A DNA stretch of 64,000 nucleotides from Amphiscolops sp. MND2022 (lineage: Eukaryota). Below, one piece after another: positions 37,601 through 51,000 of the stretch. Position 1 is the first letter of the stretch. Each line of letters begins with the position of its first letter. The stretch covers positions 14,076,001 to 14,140,000 of the forward strand of contig OZ076409.1 in the NCBI GenBank assembly GCA_964187785.1, written 5' to 3'. Both the position numbers and the translations under genes were made by a program. The notes under the pieces were generated by a model that saw only the letters and a program-made list of their open reading frames with translations, had not been told where the DNA came from and searched no databases.

Positions 37601-40109
37601 TAAAGATGCGATTTGACGTGCGCCACTGTGGTGGTGGTAGTGGTGTATACATGTTCTTTGAGAGTACACCCAAAAATTCTTCAATTAAATTGCTTTGTCT
37701 TCTCAAAAAAGACCACCTATAATTCCGCGCTCACATAAACAGAGAAAAGAAGCTGGCTTTTTCGCTGTTTTTTTTTTATTTACGCCATACTCTTCTATCT
37801 TTTTGTTCACCATTGCCGGTGCTATCCCGTGTCCCAAAATGGCAGCTTCAGTCAACGAAATAGGCAAAATTATTTTCTTTTGTTTGACAACATAAACATA
37901 GGCACCTGCCTGCTAAGACAAGTGAGAACTCTTGTATAAATACAATTAACTATACTCGCATTATTGGGAGATATAAAGATATGTATTCTCCACAATGCCA
38001 GCACCAAACGCCAAATTTTTATTCAACATTTTTATGGATTTTCTCATTTCTTTTTCATTTTAGCAAATTGAAATATAAAGCTTGTTCAAATTTTGTCCAT
38101 GAAAAAAGAAACAATAAAACTTATGGAGCGTACACAAAGACGAAATAAAACGAACGAAAGCCATGTTGATGAGTAAAAAGTGTAACTGAGAATCTGTCTG
38201 GAACGCATTTTCCAGAAAACGCTCTTTGAGGTTTCGCCAAATGAACGAGGAAGCGGTGTGAAGAAAACAGTGTGCATATTGCGCAAATATGTCACAATAT
38301 GTCAATCTGACACAGGAAAATGCTTGAAGCTTTTAATCGCTGTCAAGTTTAAACCGACTCGGCGCGAAAATCCAAAATTTGATTGTTCGCAGTAACTAAA
38401 AATATCCATTTACTTTCAAAAAAATGATCCACGTATGAAACGATTCATACACAATATGCATGGGTACATACCAACAAATAAATGTTGCGAATTTTCCGGC
38501 ATTCAAGTCCACTCGGATTTGCCTGAAATTTAAGCTGAAATTTCTCCGAAATATTTTGTTTTCGTTGAATATTTTGTTGAATATTTTGTTGAAAGAAAGA
38601 CAATAGTCTCAGTTAGTTAGACCATAGTAACGTGTTTTCAAAAACTTTTCAATAGCATACTGTTACTATTTTATTGTGGGTAAATTAGAATTTTGACTAC
38701 AAACGAAGCATATAAGCATTTTATAAAACTCAGTTGAAGTCATTTTAACTGTAATGTTAGCAATGACAGAGGCTCAGATGTGTAAAGTAAATCCAACGGT
38801 TGATAGATTTGGATGTCTGAGAATACTTTTAACCCAAATCTTTCTAACCTCAAGTGCAATATCTTTATTGTGTAATGGCTGCATGACGTAATTATCTATT
38901 ACGTCAAAATTTATTGATGGATATGTTTAACTAGGTAGCGTCACGTAATAGCGAAATGGGTTGCATGATTTCACTGTTATTTCGCAACTGTAGCTTCCTT
39001 TATTGGTGTTAATTCTATTATTTCGACACGATGTACGAAGCTCGTTCGCTTCAAACAAATTAGCACATCTTTCAAGCGCACCCAGGCGAAAAGCATGAAG
39101 CATGAACAAACGCATGCACAGGTTCAAGAGCTAAGCGCTTGTTCCTCTGAACAAAAGATCACAGATATTTTTTGTCTGGAATATGGAAATTGAAAATCCT
39201 ATCGAATATGAAAATAGCCAAAAAGGACCTAATTCTAAGGAAGAAGGCGAAAAGCTCGGTTACTTAGGAAGTTGTGTCACGCGAGACTTGAAAAGTTCTT
39301 TGATTGTCGCTTACTAAAACTTCACAAAATACTTGAGAGAGTTATCTTGAAAGAGTTTCACAGGATTCTTAGGAGCGATAAGTTGAAGTTTTGATGTTGA
39401 TTAGATGAGTGGAACAACCTTTCTTTCACAAGGTTAATTAGATCTTTGTCGGTCACTTTTTATTGTCTTCACTAAAAACTGCAGATGTTAAAAATTCATT
39501 TTTTAAATGTCTGTAAGATCTTATTTTTAGAAGTGAAGAAGCGTCATTACATCTTTATTGGTGTTCCGAATAAATTACCAGTTTTCATGGTTTTTGGGAA
39601 ACAGGTCTTAACATTAGCAGATAAAACGTAACCATTTCAACTCTGCAGAAGTGAAATATTCTGAATCGAAAAGTGCAACCAAATTATTCAGCCAAAGAGC
39701 CAAATCTTTTAGGATCGAATCATACAGGATCGAAAATGACGGTCGTATAAAAAGATTTCATGAGCCCAAATTTTTTTTAGATTTAAAACGTTTGCGTCAC
39801 GTTTAGATGGTCAATTATTAGAGAAGCATTTTTCGAGACACCGTCTAGCTTCGCCTTGAACTTTAACTTGCACTGGGAAGTTCAGATGATACTATGGGTC
39901 TTTTCTGTCCCCCCTCACATTACCTATTTTTTTTCGAATTTTTTTTTTTGTAAAAACATCAATATAAAAAGACTTAGAACTAAACTAGAAACCATTACTT
40001 TTATATTTATTCTCAGGACGACAGTTTAGATTTCAGCCTCATACTTTGTTCACGCATTTTTCCTTACGAAGTCACGGGTCCTGTTTTGCATAACAAAAAT
40101 CGGTTTATT

Positions 40110-43058
40110 TTCATCATAATTACAGTCAAAATCTTTTGTTCAAACAAAAAACGATTTAAGTTTCAGTTTCAAAAAACATTTCAGTAAAAAGTTTTAGCTT
40201 TTACTGAAACATGGGTTTCAGAAGAGGATGACCTCTTTGATTACAATATTGAGGGTTATCAGCCAATAGAATCAAAGCCAATAGGTCGGGTGGAGATGCT
40301 ATTTATGTGAAAAATTGTATCGAGTATAGGCCTGTTTCCTTTGCCACCGACATAGAATGCAAGCTTTTGGAAATACAATTCAATGTTGACGATGTAAAGC
40401 TAGTTTGCGTTGTCTATAGACCAGAAACAATGAGATTTACCTAATTTTTCCCAAAATTCGAAGAAGTTTTGCATTTTATGAACTCTTTCAATCATGATTC
40501 GATCATTTTTGGGGATTTCAATTTTGATACTCTTAAAACAGACCGTGATCATGAAATTTATGTATCATTGTTGGGTGCTTATGACTTCCAGCTAAGAAAC
40601 TTTGAGCCAACGCGCGTCACATCTAAGTCTGAAACTAGTTTTGATCATATGATATCGCCGAATGACATTCTGACAGAACCCATTAAAACTACAATTAGTC
40701 ACCACTACAGCGTTTTAGCGAAATTTACAAAGACCGGAAGACATGAAGGGACCAAAGAAAAACATTTCGTGAGAAATTTGAAAACAATCAAAGGGGATGG
40801 AGCGTTGAAGTTTCTATTTTTCCTTGATCAGAAGTTTAAGAGAATATCATTGGACTCCCTCGCTGATGACTTCATTGCTCAAATGTCTGAATCAATAATG
40901 GAATGTGTCGATAAGTTTGCCCCGAAACAATCGATTTTGCGTAATAATGATAATCAATGGATAACAAATTTGATCAAAAATGCACTGTATAAATGAGACG
41001 AACTGTACCAGAAGTATATGGACAATCCATGTGATGACAATAAAAATGAATACGAATCCTATCGGAACAAAGTCACACATATGATACGCGAAGCTAAAAG
41101 AAATGACAATTTCAAAAAATTAGGTAAGAATCCGGATTCCAAAACCATTTACAAAACGTTAGTCATGAAGAAACGGTAACAACAAAATTCAAATCTTCCT
41201 GACCTTGAAGTGATCAATGAATACTTTGCAAATATTGGCTCGAAGTTATCATCTGAATTGGCTGAAATCCAAGTTAAATCGGATATTGACAGACTAGAGA
41301 AAACAATGTTTGTTTATAAAACAAATGCCTCAGAGGTAACTAAGGTATTACGCCAAATGAAATGCAAAAAAAGTTATGGCGAAGATGACATCACCAATGA
41401 AATAATCAAATGCTGCTTTCCCGCTGTTTAAAATTATATTGCAATGGCCTTCAATAAATGCATTCACGAAAAAACATAATCGAAGTGTTTCAAAACTGCA
41501 AAAGTCATTCCTCCACACAAAAAGGCGATAAAACAGATCCAACTAATTACCGACCAATAAGCCTTTTAAGTTCATTAGGGAAGGTCTTCGAGAAACTCTT
41601 TCATAAACGTATGGTCAAATTTTGCAGAAAAAAACATTTTAACAAAAACTCAATATGGATTCAGGTAGAAATGATCAAACAATAACGCTCTAAACTCTGT
41701 GACAGAATTCATGAAAAATGAAATTGAAGGAAAGAAAGAAGGACATGCTTGCTTTATTGACTTACAGAAAGCGTTCGATACACTTGACCTTGAAATTCAA
41801 ATGATAAAATTGGAGAAATATGGCTTCAGAGGAACGATTTCAGAAAGACTGCGGAAGTATCTCAGTGACCGGGATCAATTTGTTTGTGAAAACGGAAATT
41901 ATTCCAAAAACCTCTGTGGTAAAACTGGCATTCCCCAGCGCAGTGTACTAGGCCCCTTCCTTTTCCTCCTTTACATCAATGACCTAGAAAATGTTGTTAA
42001 GGACAGTCAAATAGTAAGGTTTGCAGATGATACAACTATTGTGAAGTCAGGAAAAAATACTGAAGGGAAAATCAATGAAGATCTCCGTAGAATCACTGAT
42101 TGGTTCCCAGTTAGTAAACTTACAGTCAATATAGGTAAATGCGAAGCAATATCATTTGGCTGTGGATTGCCAGAAAAAATAACTATTCTAAATGAAGAAC
42201 TAAGGTACAAATCTTCATGTAAATACTTAGGGCTACATCTAGATGGATGTCTCAGGTTCAGGGAACACATAAACTACGTTGTGAAGAAACTCAATAAATT
42301 TTGTGGTTTGATTTACTGTGTCAGGGACTTGTATCCGAGAAAATGTCTTCTCATGTTCCATGATTCGTTTGCCAGGTCAATCATTTCCTACGGTATTTTA
42401 GTGTATGGCTCAGCAGCTAAAACGAATTTGAAAAAAAAATTGAAAACGCACAGCGAAGAATTATCCGAGCTATTTTTTTCAAAAAGCGATTCGAATCCAC
42501 TGCAAACATGTTATTAGAGAAGAAAGTGCTGACAGTTTTTGAACTGTACATGGAAGAGCTTGTCAAGGAGCTGTTCAAACAACTACGTAATGAGACACCA
42601 CGAAAATTTTCCCTGAGAAAATTTTAGAAAAGAACAAACCGACAACCCGCTGGGACCAAAAAGGCTCTTTTGTTCAACCTTTTGCAGAACTGCAGTAAAA
42701 AAGAAATCATTAGAAAACACTTTGCGAAAAGCATTCAATTGGTTGAAATGGATGGACTTAATCCCTGAAAATGGTGAGTGTTTCAGTAAGGTTCAACTTC
42801 GTAAATATACAAAAAATCTCACTGATCTGTATATTGTTGATAACAAACACCTCTACTCAATTTTTTTCTAAGCAATTAAAGTAAAATCTATTTAATACGT
42901 CATAATTGGTTCTCGGGGCAAGGACTCGAAGAGCATATATGCTCATTCCTTGTCCTTTTTGATGTTCTAGATTGATAACTAAATGTATGCTATGCATCAT
43001 TAATTCGTATCTTTGTATCATTTCATCCAAATAAACTAACTTATTTACTTACTTACTT
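40110..43058 (+). mobile_element. Decayed non-LTR retrotransposon (LINE, CR1/L2 group) ORF2 with 3' UTR; multiple stops and frameshifts
   Basis: APE motifs AFTETW, VVYRP, FGDFN, PTRV, DHM; RT motifs NYRPISLL, FIDLQKAFD, GIPQ.SVLGP.LF..YINDL, FADD, YLGL.LD; AATAAA plus (ACTT)n tail; 5' boundary approximate. Confidence 0.92.
42916..42955 (+). other. LINE 3' UTR stem-loop
   Basis: GGGCAAGGA...GAGCATATATGCTC..TCCTTGTCC folds back, ~75 nt before the tail; such loops are RT recognition sites in CR1/L2 elements. Confidence 0.65.
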
Positions 43059-43380
43059 TCAATTCAAGTTAATTTCATTTTATGGAGAGGAATTTCACTT
43101 CGAATTGAACTATAATTTGAAATATTTTGTATATTTCTCTCAACAAATATTGATGGTGGGGGATACAGAGGATAACCGATACTATTTCCTTGTTAGCATT
43201 CAAAACATTTATCTGCAAAAATCTTATCAACAGTTTTTTTCTCTAAACTACTCACAAGTGAAAGCGAATGAACGTGTTTTTGAGAAGCTTTATTTTGACT
43301 AGAGCAGTTTGAGAATCAGTTGTGCAAAAGTTGTTTTCTGTGTGGAAATTTCCTCAACAACTCAACCGCTGTGACTCATC

Positions 43381-43777
43381 AGCTCTTTTCCGCTCTCACC
43401 ACCATCAAAATTTTTTGAGGAAAATTTACTGTTATTTTTCAAACTGGCAGAATTAAAAGCAATTTTTTTCATAACAGGAAGTTAACATCTATTCCAATAG
43501 TTTTTCGTTCGAAGAAAACATTTTTCACTCATTCTGATTGTGATTATGTTGAAAACTAACTGTTTTTGTGACTCAAGAAGTGAAGTTGTTGATTTTCCAA
43601 TCAAAAATGCGTGACTTCATAAGGAGAGAAAGTGTGAACAAAAATTGTATCGGAATTCTTTACAGTCATCCTGAGAAAAAATAAAAACTGAAGGTTTCTG
43701 ATTTAGCTCTAAGTCTTTCTTTCTAGTATTTTCAGTAATTTTTCAAAAAAAAATGGTAGTGGGGGGCTGAAAAGAGC
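43381..43777 (-). mobile_element. ~400-bp MITE family, copy 2 of 3
   Basis: Imperfect TIRs GCTCTTTTC.GC.CTCACCACCAT / ATGGTAGTGGGGGGCTGAAAAGAGC; body is the reverse complement of 12121-12548. Confidence 0.7.
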
Positions 43778-44209
43778 CGACTTATGTACCAGAGTATCGA
43801 AATTAATCATCCAAGTTAGATGGAAATTAATAATTGCGAAAATATGTTGATGAATTACTAAATATGTTGATGAAAACTAAATTGATGAATTCACCAGAAT
43901 GGAATGTTCTGCATCACGTCGATCTCAAGTTAATTGAAATTCTTTCTTTGATCTTGAACAAATGAAGTTATCATCTGTATGTAAACTTCAGCTGGAGAAC
44001 TAGACAGCCGTCTTGTTGGGCGCAAAAGTTTGAATATTTTACTGACTTGCTCAAATATATAACTGATGTACGTTATTTGAAGCGAATACTGTAATAACGT
44101 TATTTGTATAGTAGCTAACACAGTAGGTCGGGTACCTACTGAATCCCGCAACAGATATATAGACCCCAGTTTCATGCGGACTTTCCACTATTTCCAAGAA
44201 TCTCTTCTG

Positions 44210-44575
44210 ATTTTGTCCCGTTTTCGAAATCGGTTGTTCTGTCCATTTTGAAAATCAATTGAAAATTGAATTGTCCTATGTGAAAATCAATCCTATTTTG
44301 AAAAGTAAAAACAAAAAAAAGCAAAGGTGAGCAATCAGACCTTTGTGACCTTGAGTAAGTCACTTTGAAACCACAGCTTCAAATCCACCGTTGCTTGACC
44401 ATTTGGCTGCAAATATGGTATCATAGCTTGCTATAGGGAATTGGGGATATAAATTTTATTCTTCTCTTCTTGAAAATAGGCTTTTCGGTCCCGTTTTCAA
44501 AATCGACAATTTTGTCTCGTTCTGAAAATCATCTATTTTGTCCCTTTTTAAAATCGGCGGTTTTGTCCCGCTCCC
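44210..44575. mobile_element. One arm of a MITE with ~25-bp tandem subterminal repeats
   Basis: TTTTGTCCCGTTTT.AAAATCGG units ending GTCCCGCTCCC; same units as in 53932-54467. Confidence 0.6.
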
Positions 44576-45332
44576 TTTGAAAATAAATTACCCTGGATAC
44601 AAGTGGTTCACTAGCGCCTCAAGTTTACTTTGAGATTCGAGACGCTTTCAAAGAATGTAGTCATGAACAAGGAATTTTACAGTTGCTAGTGAAGAGGTGT
44701 AACTGGGTAAACTAACGATCAATCACTTGAGAATGATACGAGACCTCAATTGTGCCCCTTCAGGGCAATTATGTTTCCAACAAATTGATGGCTCAATGAA
44801 AACTAGTTTGGACTAAATTTTGCGAAGTCTTTATAAATATAGTCAAATGTATTTTAGATATAGTGCCTGGATCATGCACGGGTAAAATTACACGAACCGA
44901 TCCAACCCCCCTCCTCCCCGCCCGAAATTGAGACGCCAGTCAGGGTATTGTTTGTTGGTTATTTAGGGACAAGTTGTGACGTTATCTCACCTATTCGGGG
45001 ACGCGTTGGTTGGCGGGGTATTTACATCTGAAATAACAAATGACATGTTCCAACGTAGATATTTAGATATACCCCACCTCCCTCCAGTCATGAACTAGAA
45101 TGACGTCATCAAATACTAGCTTAAGCAGTCAAACTTTATTTGGTTCGAAAACAGATCGAAAACATGTTCACCTAGAGGTATACGTATTCCATGTTTCAGC
45201 ATACGGCATTATTCAAACTCATGATTTGAAAGGTGACATTCTTCAAAAATTGTTTGAAAACTGATCATTTTCCGAAAATTTGAACTAGTTTGAATTGCAA
45301 GGTATCAGGTCAAAATCTCCCGCTCTGTGCCA

Positions 45333-45640
45333 TTTTTAGTCGGCGCTTTTTCAAGAAAAGAGTCGACTATAGTCATGGCTTTTCGTCAGTGTTTTTTTCG
45401 ATACTCCTAAAGTGACCAAAATAGTTCTACCAAAAGTTCTGCAAAATTTTAAGGCGCCAAATTGCACCTTTTGGCCCAGGGAACTGGACTATCAAAGTTG
45501 TTTCTTTTTTTAGCATAACATACAAAACTGGACGAGACTTAAGGGTCCCCTTTCAATTTTTCTGCAATATGAGATTCTAAAAAAATTCACCAAAGGGTCC
45601 CCCTTCAATTTTTTGATGATTTGCGACAGAATGGATAAAA
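45333..45640 (+). mobile_element. HINE family 1, copy H, 3'-truncated
   Basis: TTTTTAGTCGGCGCT...GTCGACTA 5' end, body related to copy D; no hairpin/CTTGT end. Confidence 0.75.
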
Positions 45641-47641
45641 ATGGGGGGAGCTGCATAAGAAACATGGTCCAAACTTTCTTGAACATGCACAAAGCCATTG
45701 GCAACATTAATCGATAATACTGTTTAAGCTTATAAGCTTATACATTAATGAGTAACATTTTCCACTTGAAAGTTCAAAAATCACGTAAGTGCTCTTTTAT
45801 CCTCTAATTAACAGAGTAATTGACGACTTGATATGGATTTTGAAATTCACAGCAGCAGCAGTACTACTTATTTTTCTTATTAGGCATTATTTTCTTTTAA
45901 AAACCATGGAAAGTTTACTCTTGTACGAGTAATGACTATCAACGGAGCCATTTTTCTAAACCTATTTTTCTAAACGGATAAACAAACACTATTTTTCAAC
46001 AAGACGCCCGGTTAATATTTTCGGGTCTAATTTTTTGATTTAATTTTCGATGTGTTAAGTAACGTTATGAAACATTAAAAAGCTGAGTAATTTTTAGAAA
46101 ACTGGGAAAAAACTTTTGTATAGTGGTTTTGGAGTTCCCAACATGGGCGCCGGTACTGGCCGTTTCCGTTTTTTTTCTTGGCAGCAGTAATGACAGTAGC
46201 CGGAAAACAGTGTTAAGAGGTTCGGTTTTTTGCGCCAGACCCTTTTGTAGACAGACAGAAAATTGATTCGTTTCTTTTCATGTTTCTCGAAATTTAATGG
46301 GATCTGTTAAACTTTATAATTTGCCGAAAATTGCACTTCCATAACATCTAATTACAATCAAGTCGAACTTTTGAAAACTTTTCAATTTACTCTCTTTCCA
46401 TAAAAGTAAATCTGATTTTTTTCACTTATTTTTAGTCTGCCTACCTTGGTAATAGATGATGTAAAGATCAGACTGGCTCCGTCAACAGGTTACTTTTATC
46501 GATTCGATAACGACTTAAGTGATATTTTGATGATGATAGCCTGCGTCGAATCAAATAATTTTTTAATTGGAAGAAAAAATCTATAAGCTTATGCAATAAA
46601 ACTTACCAAGTCAATGCGCAATCTATATGAGCCCAAGCGAAAAATTGCTCGGATATATAAAATTAGGTATTGATTTGGCAATTTTTTGTGTAAATTGAAA
46701 AATGGGTTTGCAGATAGAAATAGATTTTCAACACTATTACTGTGATTTATCATGCAATTTAGTCAAAAAGCTAAATATAACTAATCCTTAAAAAATAATT
46801 TAGTTTGTATTTCAATCATAACTTGCTAAAAAGCTGAAGCTAGTTTTGTGAAGATGCCAGAAAAATTTGATTGGCAGCGAGAATATTTTTAAAACGGGAG
46901 CAGAAAATAATTTGGAAAATATTTAAAAAGTACTATCCTTATTTCAACTACGGCAAAAATAACTTGGGTTGATTACTTTTCTAAATTATTTCAACAAACA
47001 TCAACCCAGTTAGCAACCAATATTTGTGTCGTAGAACGAGGATCTTTTTGAGAACTAAAAAATTTTTTATAATTCATGGTTATAGCTAGTAAGATGTGTT
47101 CGCTGGAAACAACATTGCGTGCTTTTTTTCTTAGATTTTCTTTGAGTTGACCGGAAGTGGAGCATTTTGTGAACAAACTACCAGCTCGGGGCTTGTCGAG
47201 CGCGGGATTGAGACTCGCCCCAATTGGCGGTAAATGTGACACAATGATGTCATCTTATCAGATAATTGAATATTATTTTGACACTTTGAAGAATTATGTC
47301 CGCTTCGCTCATTAGCATATTTCGATATTTTACACGGTAGTAGCCACGTTTATCTATGAAAAGAAGCAACTGTGAAGATGTTCCCTTTGGAAAATTTTTA
47401 TCCGAGTGTGGTGTAACTTGCGTCCGTCGCTAGTTCTTGTTCAGTGAAGTTTATCAGGTCAATTTAGCCTCTTACCATGGTACTTCAAATGCGAGTGAAA
47501 GTAATTTGTGAGGGAGAATCAGGGGAATATCACTTTGAGAGTTAACCAGTCTTTTCAGGGGAAATGCAACAGTTCTATGCTTCATGATTTCGAATTTTAG
47601 CTAGCGCTTCCGTCGATGTACTAATGGATGTTGCAATCGCA

Positions 47642-48149
47642 TTTTAGTCAGCGCTTTATGAAATAAAACGCGACTATTATAGTCACTTTTTGTCGTGTTT
47701 TCTTCCAATCCGGCTGAATTGACAATAAAATTCTACGAAACTTCAAATTTCATCAAAGGGTCAACCCTTTCATATTTAGACACACTTTTTTGGATTGAAA
47801 ATGAATGTGAGTGTTATTTTCGGAATTCTACAACTTTTTCGAAAACAAAATTTAAAATAATCCTTTGGTTTTTTGATATTTTTTGCGAAAATTTCAAATT
47901 CACAGAAGTGTTCGCGCTCTGGTGTTTTGATGTTTTTGGCAAAAAAAAAGCACAAAAGCTTTGGGTTTTTGAAGTTTCTCGTGAGAACAGAAGCAAAAAA
48001 GCTATTTTAAACCTAAAGCATACCCTTTCGGATTTTTTTCGGCACTGTGAGATTGAGAATTTTTTCGAAAAAGTCTTTGACGCTTTAATCTAATTTTGCT
48101 CTTTTTGAGCCTTAAGCGAGGCGCCAATTTATACCGTTCCCGGCTTGTT
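47642..48149 (+). mobile_element. HINE family 1, copy I, diverged but complete
   Basis: TTTTAGTCAGCGCT...CGCGACTA 5' end; GAGCCTTAAG...GGCGCCAATT..ACCGTTCCCGGCTTGTT 3' end. Confidence 0.75.
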
Positions 48150-48511
48150 TTTCAAGTCCACGATGTCAAAATGATCTCGTTAAAAGTTTTTTTTAATTTT
48201 TGGAAACCTCTAATTTGGGTTAAAAATGAGTCTGTTTTTAAAGCTAGGGCAAATCACCGAAGGAAGATTATGCGTGTTTTAGGTTTTCTTCAATAACTGA
48301 CCCCCAAGAAACAATATTAAAACATTCCCTTGCTTGGGTGGCGCCAATTTTAAATGATGACGCCTTTTTTGCTTTATTGCAGTCTTTGGTGAAGTGCTCT
48401 TCTGTCAATATCGAGACCTCCCTGATCCTTCTATATTGGTCTCCTGTCTCACTTTTGTCTAGCCCACCTTTTAACTTGAGCCACTTTTTGTTGCTTTTTG
48501 GCAAAAAATCA

Positions 48512-48898
48512 AGCTCTTTTCTGTCCCCAAAGCCCCCCACCACCAAAACTTTTTTTGGAAAATTAGTAAAAAATTTTTTGGAAAAGACTTGAATACAAAC
48601 CAGAAGCCTTCAATTTGAATTCATTTCCAGTGTGACAGTTTGGAATTGAAATACAAAGTTTGTTCACACTGTTTTTGCGTATGACGTCACATTCTTGAGA
48701 ATCAACAACTTCCTGTTTGGAGTCACAAAAAAGCAGCGAATACGATCAAAATTAGTTAGAATGTGTGAACAAAAAACTTTTCCGATAGACGTTAACTTCC
48801 TTTATGAAAGAAAGTTTTACTTTTAAATAGGCTAGTCTGAAATTTTTGAGGAAATTTCCTTTCAAACATTTTGGTGGTGGGGGAGGACAGAAAGAGGC
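48512..48898 (+). mobile_element. ~400-bp MITE family, copy 3 of 3
   Basis: TIRs CTCTTTTCTGTCC...CCCCCACCACCAAAA / TTTTGGTGGTGGGGGAGGACAGAAAGAG. Confidence 0.72.
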
Positions 48899-49710
48899 AA
48901 AAACCAGATGCTTATTGGCATTCTTTCTGCCAAACGTCCAGAAATCAGTTCATTTGAAAAATCGCTTATCGACTCCGTCTACTATGTTTACGGTGTAAAT
49001 TATTATACCAGCATTTAACAGGACGAATCTTACAAAATAAGCATGAAAAGAGAACCTTGCTTGCTGGTCAAAATCTGCGTCGCATGCGTGAACGCTTTCT
49101 ACCATAAAAAACGGTAAAAAGGTAGCAAAACGGTAAACCCCTTGATTTCAAATTTCAAATCGCAATAAATTTGTACATGATCAAAAGACACAAAAATTAT
49201 TCTAGCAAAACTTTGGCAAATTTCAATCAGGATTACAGGGGTCTTTTTGTTTTGAACTCTCACAAAAACTACAAAAGTTATTACCAAACGAAAGTCTTCG
49301 CTCGTTTTTGACTTTTGCTTTTTTTTGAAATTTGTCACGCAATATCTTGATAACCGCTGCTCTTACTAAAAAAAGTGTTTGATAAAAAATTTGTACCTTT
49401 GATTCAGATCTCTAACTTTTGCAGTGAACATTTTTTCTGAAAACGCCCTCCTTAAAAATGTAAACCGCATAATGATCACAACATGCGAAATCTCTACAGA
49501 GTAAAAATATCGTTTTGACTAAATTACAAGTGTTTTTGGCTGTTGATTTCTTGAGAAAGCATTTCAAAAAAATTTAAATAAGAGTTAAAGAACGGTGTCA
49601 AGGCTACAAAAATGTTCGGGGGAAGCTTTTATTCAGACAGTAGTTTGTGAGATAATGCTCAATAAAGTACAAGCATTATCAAAATTCCTCATAATATTAC
49701 TCGATATTAC

Positions 49711-50195
49711 TTTTTAGTCCGCGCTTTTTCCTTTTAAGGAGAAATGCCCGACTCTTACAGTGACCCTTTTTTTACTTCAGATGACAGACCTCACACTGAT
49801 CGGTCCACTTTTTGTACAAAACTACTAAAATTACTCAGACTCAGGCTATGTCCTGCCAAGGCAAACTTAGTCCCCCCTTTGATTTTTTAAATTTTTTAAC
49901 GTAACCTACAAAACCGGAAGAGACTAAAGGGTCTCTTCGATTCTGTTCGACACTCTACTACTTTTTTCCGAATTTTTTTCAATGTCCCAAAAGGGTCCCC
50001 CTTCGAGTTTTTTGATATTTTGCAACTGAATGTATGTTGATAAATCCCAAAGGGTCCACCCTTTTACATTTGTCGGCGCTATGCGACAGTTTCCAAAAGA
50101 AAAAAAATCAAAAATTTCAAGTTTTTTCTCCAAAAAAATGTTTTGCGCTTTTTGAGCCTCAGATATAGCGCCGCTTTAGACGTTGTCGTCTTGTT
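49711..50195 (+). mobile_element. HINE family 1, copy J, complete
   Basis: TTTTTAGTCCGCGCT...GCCCGACT 5' end; ATATAGCGCCG-CTTT-AGACGTTGTCGTCT-TGTT 3' end. Confidence 0.85.
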
Positions 50196-50774
50196 AAATT
50201 TTGTTTCGCCTTTAAAAGAGAAAATACCGCTTTTATGAAAATTTGAAAGACTTTTGCTGCTCAGATTTTTTCGTAAAATTAATATATTTGAAGATATTCA
50301 GCTTTGAAATTTTCGCTAGCCAAATCGACTGTCTTTTGCTTTTTGGTACCATTGTGTATTCAACAAAATATTAGGTTGATGAAAAATGAGAAGAAAATCA
50401 ATGGATTAGTGGCAGCTTCGGTTTTAGGCGGTGCTATTTGACTAAAAAGTGCACGACTAATACAGTGTCTGTTTTTTCATTTTTTTCTCCTACTTGATTG
50501 TTTGTTATCATACTTTATTGTTTTCTTTGTTCAAATCATTAGTGTAACTTGCATGTAGACCCTGATTCTTGGTTGTTTTTCGCCACTTTAAATGAAACAA
50601 GACGCCCGCTGAGCAGCGGGATATTTTCCGCCCCGAACTGTTCTACAACTACATAAGTTTGAGGCTCAAGAATAAGCCAATGCACTATAAAAACGCCAAT
50701 AAGTTCGAAGAAAAGAAAACTTTGATTCATCGCACCCCACTTTAGAGGAAACCCCTAATTTATTTTTTCAGAGA

Positions 50775-51000
50775 GCTGGTCACTTTTCGTTTTTTCGGCA
50801 CTATGCGACTTACCGAGAAAAAAGAAAGTTTTCAATAAATTTTTTGAAAATAATTTTTTTAAAATTTTCAAAATTTTCAGTTTTTGAGGTTTTCTGTAAA
50901 GGAAACAAGTTTCCCGAGTCTTGAGGGTGACCTCTTTGTTACTTTTGATCATGTGGAACTGATGAGTTTTCTTTTTGATTGTGGGAAATAGCTCATTTAA
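50775..51000 (+). mobile_element. HINE family 1 internal fragment
   Basis: TTTTTCGGCACTATGCGACTTACCG as in copy E; no termini at this position. Confidence 0.55.

Noticed and set aside
49030..49685. Possible third HINE family (terminal fold GATAATGCT...AGCATTATC)
   Set aside because: Single copy, and no convincing matching subTIR or 3' hairpin.
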